Source: Octopus vulgaris
Lineage: Eukaryota
Direction of reading: 5' to 3'
DNA length: 64,000 nucleotides
NCBI GenBank assembly: GCA_951406725.2
Contig: OX597817.1
Span: forward strand, 96,224,001 to 96,288,000
The stretch's first letter is position 1. Every line of letters starts with the position of its first letter. The translations under genes were made by a program, and so were the position numbers. Shown here one piece after another: positions 1 through 15,040 of the stretch. The notes below the pieces were generated by a model. It worked only from the letters and a program-made list of their open reading frames with translations, did no database searches and was not told where the DNA came from.

Positions 1-13
1 AATATATAGCATA

Positions 14-190
14 CTCATTTTCCCTAATTTTCCTTATTTTGTTCTCCCTATTTGTCCCTGTGACAGAATATTTCATACTCGGGGTTATCCCAGAAACAGC
101 TGTAAGACTCTGAATTTTTTCCAATAATAATATTGTATTCCACTTGAGATGTTTGCTTTGCCTTAATGTTTGTTGTCCTCTTTAACAATT
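14..190 (+). mobile_element. PLE pseudo-LTR fragment with degenerate hammerhead motif (54-108)
   Basis: Aligns by eye with the reverse complement of 12545-12720. Motif is GTCC-CTG(A missing)TGA...GAAA-CAGCTG-TA-AGAC; the GAAACAGCTGTAAGAC end also occurs at 61416-61431. Confidence 0.6.
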
Positions 191-201
191 ATATATGTAT
201 G

Positions 202-293
<92 letters not shown>

Positions 294-312
294 TATATAC
301 ACACACACACAG

Positions 313-645
313 AGGCATAGCTGTGTGGTAAGAAGCGTAGCACCACGGACAAGTGCATTCTACTATAGCCTCAGGCCGACCAAAGCCTTGTTAATAGATT
401 TGATAGGCGGAAACTGAAAGAAGCCCATCGTATATATGTGTATGTTGTCTGTGTTTGTACCCTACCACCGCTTGACAACCGGTGTTAGTGTGTTTATATC
501 TCCGTAACTTAGTGATTCGGCAAAAGCGACTGATACACTAATAAGGATAAGGACTTGGGTTTGTTCATTTGGCTAAAAAAAATTTTCACGACGGTGCTCC
601 AGCATGGCCGCAACCTAATGGCTAAAACAAGTAAAAGAAAAAAAG
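313..645 (+). mobile_element. tRNA-derived CORE-like SINE (octopus OR-type), internally deleted copy
   Basis: Matches 30531-30945: GCTGTGTGGTAAG head, GGCCGACCAAAGCC, GGAAACTGAAAGAAGCC, GGTGCTCCAGCATGGCCGCA tail. Confidence 0.8.
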
Positions 646-1066
646 ATTCCTGTGTACATACAGACACGCGATCATATAGCAGTCACTTTGACTTCTGAAC
701 CGGGCAGTACGTTGTGTCTTTGAACATGGCATTTCATTTCGTATTGCACCTGTTTATTCAATGCTATGAATACTAAACTAGTGCTGTGTAGTCATCTCTT
801 CCTTCAGTTACCAAATTCTAGCTGCTCTGTTAGATCAAAGGAGAAAAAGCCGAAAAGGTCTCTATGTCTACTCACGACCTAGAACAGTTCGCTGAAGCAT
901 GATACATCATCCGCGATTTGGCGTGACGGCCATAGTTAAATATATGTATATGTATGTGTATATATATGTATGTACACAAATACATACATACATACATACA
1001 TACATATGCACATACACACACAATATGCATGTGCATATATGTATGAATATATGTATATGTGTGTGC

Positions 1067-1124
<58 letters not shown>

Positions 1125-1261
1125 GTCTGTGTTTGCCTTTTAAGTGCTGTGTTTTTACTGAGATCTCCCTTTTAGTAGAAAGAATAGCTATAACTCTTTG
1201 ACTGCTATTTCTAAATTCGGTGTGTGGTGAGGCAATTCGTTGCTAAACCCTTAATTGCTTA

Positions 1262-1348
<87 letters not shown>

Positions 1349-1385
1349 TATATATACATACATATATATATATACACATACATAC

Positions 1386-1438
<53 letters not shown>

Positions 1439-2312
1439 CCACGCACGCACTTATGTTAATTTAACTGTATAAAGATACAAATATCTGTATCCACCATGAT
1501 GTCCATATAATGGTATTTATGTTTCTTCTTTATAATAGATTTCCTCGCAGGTTTATAAAATTCTTACTTCAGAAGGGGTAAATAGTATGTTGTGACACTG
1601 AATCCTTTATTAAAAGCATTATTAGCGTAAGTAAAAGTAACTGGAAACCAAAAATGAGCGGCAAGACTAAATTCTACAAAAAATTTACTTCCAGAACACT
1701 GCACCCGCTACATTCATATTGTTAATAATGGCAGACATAGCGGTAGCATATCAAGTAGAGCAACTATATTTAGGAAGTTATGTTAGGTCGAAAAAGGAAA
1801 ATCAATTAGATAAAACCTCAAAATGAAAACATCTAAATCTAAATTCCTCCTAGTTTGATGGAAAATACATTTCTCCGGAAGTGTTATTCACCTTTCTTGA
1901 ATTGATTAAACATTTTGAAAATGAGAACCAAACATCAGCAAAAACATCAATTGGAAGAGAAAACGATGCCTAACCATAGATAAAACCATTAAAGTAAAAG
2001 TAAATGTGAAATAAATGTAAAGAATGAGACTGCTGTTTACATAACATACTACAACTTGGATTGAATTCTACTAATTATATCTAAAATGCATACCATCGAC
2101 ATTTTTTTATTTCTTTACTTAGAAGATATAATAATGAAAAAGAAAATGCAGGGCCAATTATGTATTTCTCCGACTATAAATAATATCTGCTCTTTGACAA
2201 GCAGTAAGCAGTAAGCCGGGGCCGGCTTTGCAGTGCTAGGGGGGGGCAGCAAATTGAATACATACATACATATATGCATGCATGCACACAAACACACACA
2301 CGCACGCACGCG

Positions 2313-2381
<69 letters not shown>

Positions 2382-3962
2382 TACATTTACACAAAAAGTA
2401 ACACCTGTAAATATAGGGAATAAAGTGCTTTTGCAATTTATTGAATACGTAAATAGAAAGTTAATATTTATTTTCATTATTCCTTTCTATTTCGAAGATC
2501 CCAAATATACAAGACGTTGTGCCCCTAAACAAGTGACACCCCGGACCACAGCTTAAGTTTCCAGTATTACATGATTTTTTTTTATTACATTTCCTACTTT
2601 CTGAATTAAGATCATCTTTCGAAAGACTTTATTTCCCATGCTCGGGGTTGATAAAATGAAAACAATAAACTTCCATGACAGATTGTGTCCATTATCTCTC
2701 AATAAGAAGCTTACCAATTCAGTTGCGTTACTACAGTGTTATTTATTTTTAATAAAGATTTCTTGCACTGATACAAAAATATACATATTTAAACGCAGCT
2801 TTCATGGTAGTGGGTAAATATACCACAGTTATACACGCTTTCAGCGCATATACATTGTGAGTTAGTGTGAAGTAACAAATGAAGGAATAATAGGGGAAGC
2901 GAGAGCATGAAATCTAAATTCAAAATAAACAATTTTGTTTGTATATTCATAGTTGTAAATGCAACCAACTGTCAACTAATGTGCAATTCTGCATAATTTT
3001 TTTTAATACATTTTCTACAACTGATTGTTGTTTATATCAATCTTACCGAATATTGTATTTTATTTTCTTCTAATATCCGATTCTTATGACCAAACAAAAA
3101 AGGCCTTATCTTCAAGTGAAGGGAAAATTGAAATTGTGATTCTCATGCCTTTCACAAAAATATTGGTGATAAAAGTGGGTAACATGGCCTGGAGCATAGT
3201 TTATGGTGCTTGACACATCCACAACAAATATTGTGCGCTAGTTAATCAGAAATATATTCATCTAAATAAAATTCAAACACAATTCCAGTTCTCAGTGAAT
3301 AGTGTGTCATTTTCTTTTTGTTATTTCCTTTTACTTTCAATTTTTCAAAATCTAATTTAACTTCTGTACACCATGTATGTGTAATCCGTGACTGTCGTAG
3401 TTTTTCAAATTAAAGGAAACCCAACTAGTCTAGGACCATGCTAGTCTACCTATATATAAATATATATTATATGAGATAGATTTAACTTAGAACAGCAGGG
3501 AAACAAGTGCCATGTTTTTATTATTAGCATGTAAAGCGGAAAGCTGACATGCAGATGCTGCATCGACTATACATAGAATTATATGTAAGAATAATCATAT
3601 TGGTATATCTGTGTAGAGAATCGATGTATGTTTATATGAGAATGGGATTTGTAATTATTGATGTTCTAGAGGTTTTCTGAAAAATTTGTCTAAAAAAACT
3701 TTGTCTTAAAACATTAAGATAGTTATACATTTGTGTGCTAATGCCACGAATGTGCGAATACATAAGGGAAAATAAATTGTTTGAATTCGTAAAAATTTCA
3801 AGTGTGCATATATAGATACAGAATCAGTATTTATAACTTGAATTTAGAGAGTGGTGTGCACATATGTATACCTAAGTTTGTGTATGCACACAGAGGCATG
3901 CGTGCATGATAAGCTTAAACTAAGTTATCTTAGAAAAAGTATATACAGCAAAATGTACTCAC

Positions 3963-5700
3963 CAAACTTTGATATGAATTTGACACTAAGGAAATAAGCC
4001 AATAATTCCGAAATATGATTGAAAACGGATGCCACACCAAATAGCGTAGGAGATCCACCCAAGTCTTGTAGGTGCCAAAAAAGAAAAGTGAAAATAAGTC
4101 CAATTCCAAATCCCATAAACCAAGCAACAAATAATACTGACATATAACGAAGATTGGCCAACATCTTCAATACAGTTATCCATTTTCCAAAATAGGTCTC
4201 CTCTTCGAATGTCTTTCCACTTCCACTACTCTGTCCCTTTACTGTGTCACTAACCATGTCATTTTGTTCACCGAGTGAGATATGCAATTTATCGGGTGGA
4301 GTTTTTTCTTGAAAAGTTGGTTCGATATGAGCTTTGTCTTTAGTATAATAATCGAAATCGTCTTCTTCTACGAGTCGCATTCGGTCAATCTTCCTTCGTC
4401 CGGTGACTGTTTCTTTAATCTTTTCCTTAATCTGGGATGCAATTTGTTTTAAAGGAATATCCATAATTCCTTGCTGGAAGGCAAAATTGAACTGAGTTGC
4501 TGTAATAAAGGCACAACTCATGAGGACAGAAAAAACAGCAAAGCATACCACGTAATTTTTCTCACCCTGTTCTTGAGTACCACAAGGGTGGTTTGGAAAT
4601 GTTGTTGAATGATCAAGCGCCATTCCAACCAAAAACATAGCAACTCCCCATCCGAGTGAACCAAACATTCGCTGTCTTCCATAGTTTTCAACATCATCTC
4701 CTAGATATGCCAATGTCACAGAATCTGCAAGAGTTATGGCAGGCGCACTGAAGAATTCTCCAACGACGATTAGAACAAGCAAGACAAAGAATACCTGCTG
4801 CACCTGGTCTTCACGATAGACAATAGTGCTGAAACGCGGGCTTACCAAACCAGCAACTTGTTCCTTGTTTTTATTGGCAATCTTAGAATGGTCGATTTCG
4901 TATCCTTCATGTTTAGGTCTTTTGCGTTTAGAAATAAAATGAGACAGGTATTCCTTTGTTGAAAATAAATCAGCGGGATCTTGATAACGACCGCTTACAT
5001 CGTTTCTTTTTATATAATAAGGACCACCAGAATCACTCGTTCCCAAATTTTGATGATACAATCCGTTCATAAAATTTTTTAGCGAATTAGAATGAGATTC
5101 TGTAAGAGATATGGCACTGTCGTCGATCAGAAGATTTTCTGGATTTATCCAATTTTCGGCAGAGGCCACTTCCCTTCGTCGTCTCTCGTAAGGTTCAGAA
5201 AGAAATAGATGCGTTGAGTTAGTTGAGATACAAGAATGGGCAGGAGGTCGTACAAAGGCCAAAGATAATGTGAAAGCAATCCAACAAAATAAAGAAAATA
5301 AGAGAAGCTGCTTTCCTTTCTTCCATTTATCAGCAAAAACACCCCATAAAGGAGCACTACAGAATTCAACGAAAGGGCGAAATCCTATAAGAATGCCGCC
5401 TTGGGTTGGGTTCATACCAAGTTGTCTAAAATACACTGCCATCAATGGAAAGAGTGAACCGAATGCAGCGAAAAAGAAAAAGTAGAATATCTTGGAAATC
5501 AGTAAATCCCTATTGATATAGGTAAACATGTTATCAATGAGGTCTCTCTTGCTACTGGGCATCCCTGGAAATTGGTGCTTTTGTTGTTGTTGGTACTGTT
5601 GCTGTTGATTGCATGCATTGTTTTGGAAAAATTGCTTTTCACTTAGTGTAGGTGATCTAATAGGACTTTCCTTTAGGGTTGAACCTGTTGAATAATCCAT
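3963..5700 (-). CDS. MFSD6: Major facilitator superfamily domain-containing protein 6-like, large first coding exon (gene continues below position 1)
   Basis: Long ORF with MFSD6 motifs (KIFYFFFFAAFGSLFPL, GFRPFVEFCSAPLWG, YGRQRMFGSLGWG, WFMGFGIGLIFTFLFWHLQDLGGSPTLFG). A splice donor G|GTGAGT follows ...KF at 3963/3962, so the ORF tail 3925-3962 is intronic. Confidence 0.92.
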
Positions 5701-7138
5701 GATGAATTTGTTGCCGTTGTTACTGTTGCTTTTATAGGCGATATAGTCTTAGTTTGAAGTTGTTTCTTTTTATCTTTGTAATGTAATTCTCACTCTTAAA
5801 TCCATTTAGAAAATGCGAAGCAGGTTACTTCTTTTTTTATTCCTCGATTAAATTTTTAAACTATCATTTCATTGAGTATTTCATGGATAAAGCATTTAAA
5901 ATGGCCATTTCATAGCTACATATTATCAATAATGATGTTAATGATAATAACGTTAAGAACAAATTAAAAATAATTACATTCGTTTGATGATCAGAATCGC
6001 TTGTCAAAGTAACAATTTGGGATCCATAATGAACATAAATTATAAATCTATGTTGTAATAGTAAGCTTCTTCTGCTAAAATGGGATTTCGGCTCTAGCAG
6101 TAAACTGAACAAGGCTTTCTACATCACTTGTTCTTTAACACGAATGAAGGAAATTTGAATGACAGTTGGAACGTTAGTCGTCTTTAACGTAAATAGTTGC
6201 AATAAAAAGCTAGTCACCGTGGATGTGGCAAGGGACTGTTTAAATGTGCCGTCAACTGCTTTCACACAATTTCTGATAGGGCTAACAACTACCTAAAAAC
6301 ATAGTCGCATACAGAAATAAATTTTGATATACATACTTCCTTTCCGACTAACTCTTCTATTCCTTCAACGCTCCTTCAGTATTTTTCCATCAACTGCAAC
6401 GCTTCTGTGCTTCTGATACCCTATTTTATCCAGCTGATACTTCCTTATTTATAAGTTCTCCAGCAGTATCATCAATACTTTCTTCCAGTTACATATAGCC
6501 AAGCTGCTTTCCCTTTCTCTTTCGCTCATCTTTTCATATTTCTATTTTTAGTTTTATTCCTCCGCCATCTCTTCTTCTTCTTCTTCTTCTTTCCTTCCTC
6601 TTTCTCTTACCCCCCTCTCTATATATATATATCTATCTATCTATCTATATCTATTACTATCTCCACTCTACTACTGCTACTAATGTTACCTGACAGCTAG
6701 CATTGCAGCTGCAACTGTTACTGCTGAAAGTAATTCAGATGATATTCAATGAGATGAAATGTAAGTCAGCCGACAATAGTCAGTAGCTACCAACATCATT
6801 ATAACAGTGAGCTGCCTTCTATCAGTAACCAATATGAGCTGATCGATTCACAATACCCTTTATTTTTTAATGTATTTTTTACAAATAAGATGGCTTTAAA
6901 ACAGTTATTCTAGAAATAATATATTTTGAAGTTTCATGATCTCAGATTATTTGTTTTCCGTGTAAGATTGTATAAAATAAAGTAAAAATAAACGGAATAT
7001 GTGTCTGTGCGTGTGTGCTCATATATGTTTACGTGTGTGTGTGTGTGCGTGTACATATATATATATATTTATGTATGTATATGTATGTATATGTATGTAT
7101 ATGTATTTATATATATGTATATAAATACATACATATAA

Positions 7139-7206
<68 letters not shown>

Positions 7207-7224
7207 ATCTATATATATATATCT

Positions 7225-7589
7225 TTTCTTTTACCTTTTATCTTTTACCAATTTCTGGGGCATCGCCTTGAATATTTAGTCGAATGAATTGATCCCAGTA
7301 CATATTTTTCGAGCCTGGTACTTATTTTATTAGTCTCTTTGCCGAACCTCTAGGTTATGGGGACGTAAATACACCAACACCGGTTGTTAAGTGGTGATGG
7401 TGGGGTACAAACACGAACTCGCACATAGATATGTATATGACGGGCTTCTTTCAGATTCCGTCTACCAAATCCACTTTGGCCGACCCAAGGCTATATTAGA
7501 AACACTTGCCTAAAGTCCGATGCAGTGGGACTGAACTCGGAAACATGTGATTGGGAAGCAAACTTCTTACCACACAGCCACACCTGCGC
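7225..7589 (-). mobile_element. tRNA-derived CORE-like SINE
   Basis: Reverse complement of the 30531-30945 family along its full length. Confidence 0.85.
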
Positions 7590-7697
<108 letters not shown>

Positions 7698-7730
7698 TAA
7701 TCAAAATAAAAACATGATGCCAAGGATTCA

Positions 7731-7808
7731 GCGGTACATATGTTTCGGGCTTTTATTAGACGGATTTATAACAATGCATAATGTGTGTCTATGGCCTTCT
7801 TCAGCCGC
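7731..7808 (-). ncRNA. Type I hammerhead ribozyme (mirror copy of 8018-8095)
   Basis: Reverse complement reads GCGG-CUGAAGA-AGGC...GCCC-GAAA-CAUAUG-UA-CCGC. Confidence 0.75.
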
Positions 7809-8017
7809 GCACAATTACTACCTCAAGGACATGTATTACATCAAAAATTCTACGTTGGGGATGCAAATCCTCTCATTCGCGTACGACATAATGCGGCGAC
7901 GAGATGGACGCTTCATTTTTGTGCTGTTGCCGCATTATGTCGTACGCGAATGAGACGATTTGCACCCCCAACGTAGAATTTTTGATGTAATACATGTCCT
8001 TGAGGTAGTAATTGTGC

Positions 8018-8095
8018 GCGGCTGAAGAAGGCCATAGACACACATTATGCATTGTTATAAATCCGTCTAATAAAAGCCCGAAACATATGTACCGC
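8018..8095 (+). ncRNA. Type I hammerhead ribozyme with palindromic stem III
   Basis: Stem I GCGG/CCGC; core CUGAAGA (8022-8028); extended stem II GGC..UAGAC/GUCUA..GCC; GAAA (8080-8083); palindrome ACAUAUGU; GUA cleavage triplet ending at 8091. Confidence 0.75.
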
Positions 8096-8361
8096 TGAAT
8101 CCTTGGCATCATGCTTTTATTTTGATTAATTTACTCCACCACCTACACCACCAAACGGTATATACAGGTGCTTACAATTATCAAGTACTCACCCTGAATT
8201 TCTGTACCCAACTATATATATATATACATACATACATATATATATACATATATATATATGTATGTATGTATGTAAGTATGTATGTATGTATGTATGTATG
8301 TATGTATGTATGTATGTATGTATGTATGTATATGTATGTATGTATATATGTATGTATGTAT

Positions 8362-8560
8362 ATCTTATACATAAATGGCAATTTCTGTCTGTCTATCTGT
8401 CTGTTACCATCTTACTGCCTACACCAGTGAACCAATCTTGACGAAACTTTGTATACATTTTAAACCAACATCCAGTTCAATTATAAGCTATACGGGGGTC
8501 GAGCTATACGTAGCTTTAAGGAGAAAGAGGGTAGGGGGCTTTTCTGCTGTCAATCGCAAA
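8362..8560 (+). mobile_element. Non-autonomous Helitron/Helentron-like 5' fragment
   Basis: A|TCTTATACATAAA start, (TCTG)n-like tract and GAACCAATCTTGACGAAACTTTG motif resemble DINE/HINE-type elements. Confidence 0.4.
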
Positions 8561-8714
8561 AAACAGTCACACGCAGACACACACACACACATACATGCAT
8601 ACATACATATACATGCATTCGTACATAGATACATATATCTACTCGACACCATTTTAAACTCGTGATTACTTGTGTGTAAGTTTGTAAATGTGTGTTTGTG
8701 TGTGTGTGTGTGTG

Positions 8715-8968
8715 TGTCACATCCTATAAATGTCTGTCTCTCTGCTTTTGTAAGATTTTCCTTTCCAGCCCCTTCGGATTCACCAAGAAGCTGTTTGGTG
8801 ACAAGCGAAGTGGCAACCTCGAGTGTTAAGGTGAAGTAAACACCTTTCTTCGCAATACCCTTCAGCGCTGAGTTGTGAGATAGTTCTCAACTAGTTGATT
8901 CACTTTCAATTCTCCTCCTTCGGGATCCCAGAACCCTCAGCATACCCTCCGCTGGTTGGCAACGACGG
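8715..8968 (-). mobile_element. HERO-like (RLE-type) LINE RT fragment
   Basis: 8870-8965 is highly similar to 10650-10745 (EGxWIPKEEN...RTISQL region). Confidence 0.6.
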
Positions 8969-8992
8969 GCTATTCAACTAATATATATATAT

Positions 8993-9123
<131 letters not shown>

Positions 9124-9124
9124 T

Positions 9125-9704
<580 letters not shown>

Positions 9705-9754
9705 TAATAGAACGGAATATATTTATTATAATATTGTGCATAAATATTCTTTAC

Positions 9755-9900
9755 TACGCTAGGCACAAGACCCGAAATTTTGGGAGAGGGGTCCAGTCGA
9801 TTAGATTGACCTCAGTACGCAACTGGTACTTAATTTATCGACCCTGAAAGGATGAAAGACAAAGTCGACCTCGGCGAAATTTGAACATAAAGACAGATGA
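9755..9900 (-). mobile_element. Second tRNA-derived SINE family, partial copy
   Basis: Reverse complement of the 23856-24048 family (CTTTCATCCTTTCxGGGTCGATAAA motif). Confidence 0.7.
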
Positions 9901-10094
9901 AATACATTGTGCATAAATATTACTACTTTTCTATGCTGTACATTTTCATTAAAGCAGGTTCCAGTTACGTATGTATTTGTGTGCATGAATGCGTGCACGT
10001 GTGTATTATCCTGCTCTTCGGCATTCTCACATATACTAAAATAAAAATTCACCATCCAAACTATATATATATATAGCCAATTATATAAACCTTC

Positions 10095-11470
10095 ATACTG
10101 CATAACCGAAAATTAGTATAACTGCAATTGATTGAAAATCGGATGCACTAGACGCCAGCCAGCCAGAGATATGACTAGGTAATGTTCCGCGGTTGTATAT
10201 TATCCCACCTTGTCCAGGTACCTTGTTGGATGAACACCAACATCCTGCTAGTCCTTGCTTCTTGACAACCATGTTCATAGCTTGAGTGAAATGGTTTACT
10301 GAGATGGTGCAGCCAATTATGATATACTTTTCCAGTCTGTGTCATTCGGTTGCTGCATGTCCAAGGGTGACTCTAATCAAGAATTTGCGATAATAATCCA
10401 GAATAAGGTCGATGATTTTCCTGGCATAGACTCGTAGGCATTTGCGAAGTCCAGCCACAGAACCACCAGATTTCCCTTTATTTCTTTCACTTCTCTCAAG
10501 AGATGCGGGACCACCCCTGTGTGCTCTATGCAGCCAGGGCTTCCAGTGATCCCACCTTTCCGTACCGGTGTATCTATGTAATTGTTCTCTAGAAGAAACC
10601 TTGTTAAGTGATAGGACCAAGATACTGAAAAATATCTTACCTTCAACTCTGAGTTGTGAGATAGTCCTCAACTGGTTGATTCCCTTTCAATTCTCCTCCT
10701 TCGGGATCCCAGAACCCTCAGCGTACTCTCCACTGGTTGGCAACACTTCCTCTCTATCAGATCACTTTTAGCATCCTCTGCAGTTGTTCGAGGAGCTGGG
10801 ACAACGTCCAAAAGTCCGCTGGGCCCTGGAGCAGAGACCGACCATGCTGCCTTAATAACTTCCTGGACTTCCTTCCAAATTGGTTCACTCATGTCAAACT
10901 CAGTCAATAGGAGTGCTGGGCTTATAAGTGTTTTATTTTGACCAAATTCATTTTCCCTTGAAGGATCATCAAGGGTGTTGCGAAGAAAGGTATTTACTTC
11001 ACCTTAACACTCGAGGTTGCCACTTCATTTGTCACCAATCAGCTTCTTGGTCGCTTTTGTTGTCCATTCTCATCTTCGTTCCCTGTGTCTTTCTGTTTTA
11101 AGAAGAGTGATTAACTTCTTCTTAATGATGTCTTGCAGCTCGGCGAATGGTTAACGTTCTTTTTCACTGGTTCCCTCGAACTGATTTTTGTGGGTCCTCA
11201 GTTTCTGCCAAAGTTGTATCTTGGTGGCTCTGCAGATTTGCTGTAGGACTTTTTGTTATCTCCTGCTTCTGCACGGGGCTTTTTTCTGTCAGATTCAGTT
11301 GATTCCATTCAGCTGAATCTGACGGACGCGTAGCAAACAATGATTGCTGGCATTGCTTTAAATCGGCTGTCAGTGTCACCTTTAGACAGTAGGATTTTGG
11401 ACACATCTTCCTCTTTCTGCTGCTACTCACTCTTGCTGTTTGCTGCAGGCCATTTGATCTGCCGAACTAC
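10095..11470 (-). pseudogene. Degraded HERO-like non-LTR retrotransposon RT region
   Basis: Frameshifted pieces SAPGPSG, RTISQLRVEGKIFF, GGITGSPGCIEHTGVV, LVVLWLDFANAY and GCTISV are characteristic of RLE-type LINE RTs. Confidence 0.7.
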
Positions 11471-11915
11471 TGTGCATGGAGTCGGAAGTACACTCTCGTG
11501 TAATTTTGATTAATGATTTGGGAAGTTTCAGTTTGAAGTGCATATATGTTTACACACATACACACATAAATATATACACACATACAGTACATATATACGC
11601 ATATACATACATTCAGACCTGCAGACTTTGTTCATCAGAGAAAAAATATTATTCTGATGGGTTCACTTTACCCGGGGGCGTTCCTGAACGCTAGACATGA
11701 GGTTTTATAATTTGACTGCATGAATAAAAGTACATTTTGTCTTACAGGTAAAAACCAACCTGAAGTTTGCTCAACTTGTAGTATTTTTCATCCGTTCTCA
11801 TATAATGTGAGTGTCTCCCTCCCACCCTCCCGTGGTTCATTACCCCACACCTTATACCTCTCTCCTTTTCTTTTACTATATTAGGTCATCTCCCCCAGCA
11901 CTAGACATAAGTACC

Positions 11916-11960
<45 letters not shown>

Positions 11961-12041
11961 GTAATAGTAATAAACGAGTGAAGAATTAATATATAGTGCG
12001 TGTGTTTATATGGCATAAACAAATGACCATCCCGAAATGCA

Positions 12042-12091
<50 letters not shown>

Positions 12092-12496
12092 GTATGCATG
12101 TATGTATGTATGTATGCATGTATGTATGTATGTATGTATGTATGTATGTATGTATGTGTGAACACTATCCACACATACATACATATACATACATATACAT
12201 ACGTACAATACAAACATGCACATAAATATATAGAGCCATATCTTCACATCAAGATAAATATATACATCATAACGTATATATGCAAAGAATTTAAAAACTG
12301 CCTAGTGTATATAATATTAAAATGCAAAAATAAGATAATTGTACATTAATTTGATATAACATAATAAAATACGTAAGCTCATTCTTTGGAAGAAAGTAAC
12401 CAGATTCTTCCTAAGTTTATCTAATACATGGCCGTTTAAATTATGGATGACTATCGAGTACTATTTTTTTCACCTTGCTTCGCATTTATGTGCTTG

Positions 12497-12536
<40 letters not shown>

Positions 12537-12544
12537 ATATATAT

Positions 12545-12720
12545 ATGATTGTTAAACAGGGCAGCAAACATTAAGGCAAGGCGAACATCTCAAGAAGTCG
12601 TATACAATATTATTATAGGAGGAAATTCAAAATTTTACAGCTGTTTCTGGGATATCTCTGAGTATGGGATATTCCGTTATCAGTGACAAATAAGGGGAAA
12701 ATAGGGAAAATGAGAATCGT
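12545..12720 (-). mobile_element. Inverted PLE pseudo-LTR with degenerate hammerhead (12632-12687)
   Basis: Reverse complement reads GUCA-CUGAUAA-CGGAAUAUC...GAUAUCCCA-GAAA-CAGCUG-UA. Homologous to 14-190 and lies head-to-head with a GIY-YIG fragment. Confidence 0.65.
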
Positions 12721-12794
12721 ATATATTTACAAGATGATGACATAGAGGAAGGGAATAAAAGAATAAGGAGATGAAAAGAAAGAAGAAAAAGAAG

Positions 12795-13215
12795 CATATC
12801 CGGGACAGATTGCCCGTTGCAAGCCCAGTGCAGAAGATTCAACGTCGTATACCGAAGCACCGTTCACATGGTAAATAACTCCTGTAGCTATTGCATTGGT
12901 TCTAGTTCCAATTTTAAACAAAGGTTTTATGCACATTTAAACTCATTTAGATATAAGAAGAATAGCAATTCCACATCACTAGCCAGCCATCTAATTAATG
13001 GAAAAATACAGTATAAACTTTCCTGGGTTATAATAAACTTGGGTACCCCACATCAGGGTCAATACTCCAGTTGTGGACTTTGCTTAAAAGAATCTCTCAA
13101 AATTTTAACCCACAGCTCACCAAAATACGAGGCCTTCTCTATTTGTAAGCACAAATTCTTTCGCACTTTTAAATTCTTTTATAAATCTAAATGTAAGCTC
13201 AGCCCCCACGAATAG
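12795..13215 (+). pseudogene. PLE GIY-YIG endonuclease domain, 5'-truncated
   Basis: CPLQAQCRRFNVVY...YCIGSSSNFKQRFYAH...CGLCLKE; homologous to 59831-60253. Confidence 0.75.
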
Positions 13216-14114
13216 CACCCACATAAAACCCCTATGATTATTAACACATACTCCTTCTATATCTCTATAACTACCTTATGCTTTTCCTAATTTCTATCTA
13301 CCTTGCCTCATCACACTATGAGATAAATATTAACTCTTTAATTTAACCTTAATTTGTTTTTAAACCTTAACCCAATAAATCCTCTAATATAGCCCCCTTA
13401 ACTCTAACTCCCACTTCAACTAGCTCTTCCTTTCTCGACTACCTACATACCCATAGCTGCATTGCTAAAAATAACTTTACAGCCACTGACCTTAGCCAGA
13501 ATGGACACAAGCAATTACTACTAAATGTCATCCCCCAAAACTTTAGACTTTAAGACTACCAGACTTCTACTTCTCTCTTTACATCTCTTTCATTTTGTTC
13601 TATTTTGTACCCTATCTTCCACTATCTCTTCATCTTTTCTCTTATCTTCTCGGCTGTCCCGTATACAATTCTTAGACTCCATGCACCTATGCACCTTACT
13701 TTACCCTATAGCCAAACCTTAAAATCCCCTCCCCACCTCACTCTATCTACCTCTCTTTCTGTTTCTTTTCTTTTCTTTACTTTTACCACTTAATAGCCTA
13801 TACTCTTCGACAGAAAGGCTTGAAAGGAGAAAATTAGAGAGCGAACGAAAACTAAAATAGGGAGAGAGAAAAATGTGCAAGGATTAACGGTCCAACATGA
13901 TAAAATGACCGGAAGAAAGAGGCTGAGTGAAAGGGAGATAATAACGGCGACCAGGCTGAACTAGGGTGCGCGAGGGCGTGTGTGTGTATGTAAGAATGGT
14001 ATGTGTGACTGTGTATCTGTGAATGAGGGCAAACGCGTTCGAATGTATGTGTGAGCGATCTTAAAATTAAGTGGGCCTGTGTGTGCGTATAAGAGCGTCT
14101 GTGTGTTTGTAATT

Positions 14115-14960
14115 TTTGAATTCGTTTGGCGTCAGCACAGGACATCCTGTGACGAGATGGTCTATTGTTTCATCAAATTTATCGCAGAATCTGCATTTAG
14201 GGTTAGAACCGTTTTGAAGAACGTTAGCCTGGTAGTTTTTGATCAGCAACTTTGATCTTGTGCTGCTAATATGAAACCTTCAGTCTCTGCTTTCAGTCCT
14301 GAGCTTCTCGGCCATTGATGGGTTGTTGTTTGGTCTGCATCAGTATTTCGGCTTCGATGTATATACAGTCAATGCAGAGGTTTCTGATTCCACCTCTCCT
14401 CAATTTGTTTCTGTCCGTTCTTTTTGCAGCCTATTTGATCCGTTTTGCTTTTTTTCGTGGCAGTGGTTTCAGGTTCTTCATCTAATTCAGGGTTAATGCG
14501 AATTTGCAAGCTGCTTTGACAATAGAGTGTGATTTTTTGCTGTATTTGTGTTTGCAAACAAGCCGCAGAATCCAGTCTTCTGTACTAGATAAGTACTTGT
14601 TCATTGCTATTGCGGATATCTTATAGCACAGTTCTACCAGCATCATTCCTCTTCTCCCATTACTTCTAGGTAGGTACAGACGATCAACGTCAGCTTCTAG
14701 GTGGTGCATGTTCTTAGAAGTTAGTAGTTTTCTTGTCTTCCTGTCCAGACGTTGGAGTTCTGTAGATTCCAGTTGATGATGTTAAAACTATATTGGACTA
14801 CTGGAAATACCAGTATGTTAATGGCTTCGATGCAATTTTTGGAGTTGAGTTGAGTTTTTAGTACGAGTCGCATTCTTCTGTAATACTCCTTTCGTATTTT
14901 TTTTTCATAGTAACATGTTATATACCTTCTCCGTTACTCCCCAGGTATTTATAGCTTTTT
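14115..14960 (-). pseudogene. R4/Dong LINE fragment (RT C-terminus to CCHC zinc knuckle)
   Basis: HHLEADVDRLYLPRSNGRRG and CRFCDKFDETIDHLVTGC parallel the 809-aa ORF at 16449-18878. Confidence 0.8.
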
Positions 14961-15040
14961 TGTGGTTGATAGGACTAAACAAAAATCTCTGCATGGCAAA
15001 TATGTGGCCTATAGCAAACAAGCTAATGTAGATCTGTGGC

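Noticed and set aside
3925-3962. C-terminal end of the 591-aa ORF as the true protein end
   Set aside because: It is read-through past a GTGAGT splice donor, and the last MFS helices are missing.
7714-8112. Twin 79-aa ORFs MMPRIQRY... on opposite strands
   Set aside because: A by-product of the inverted repeat; no recognisable domain.
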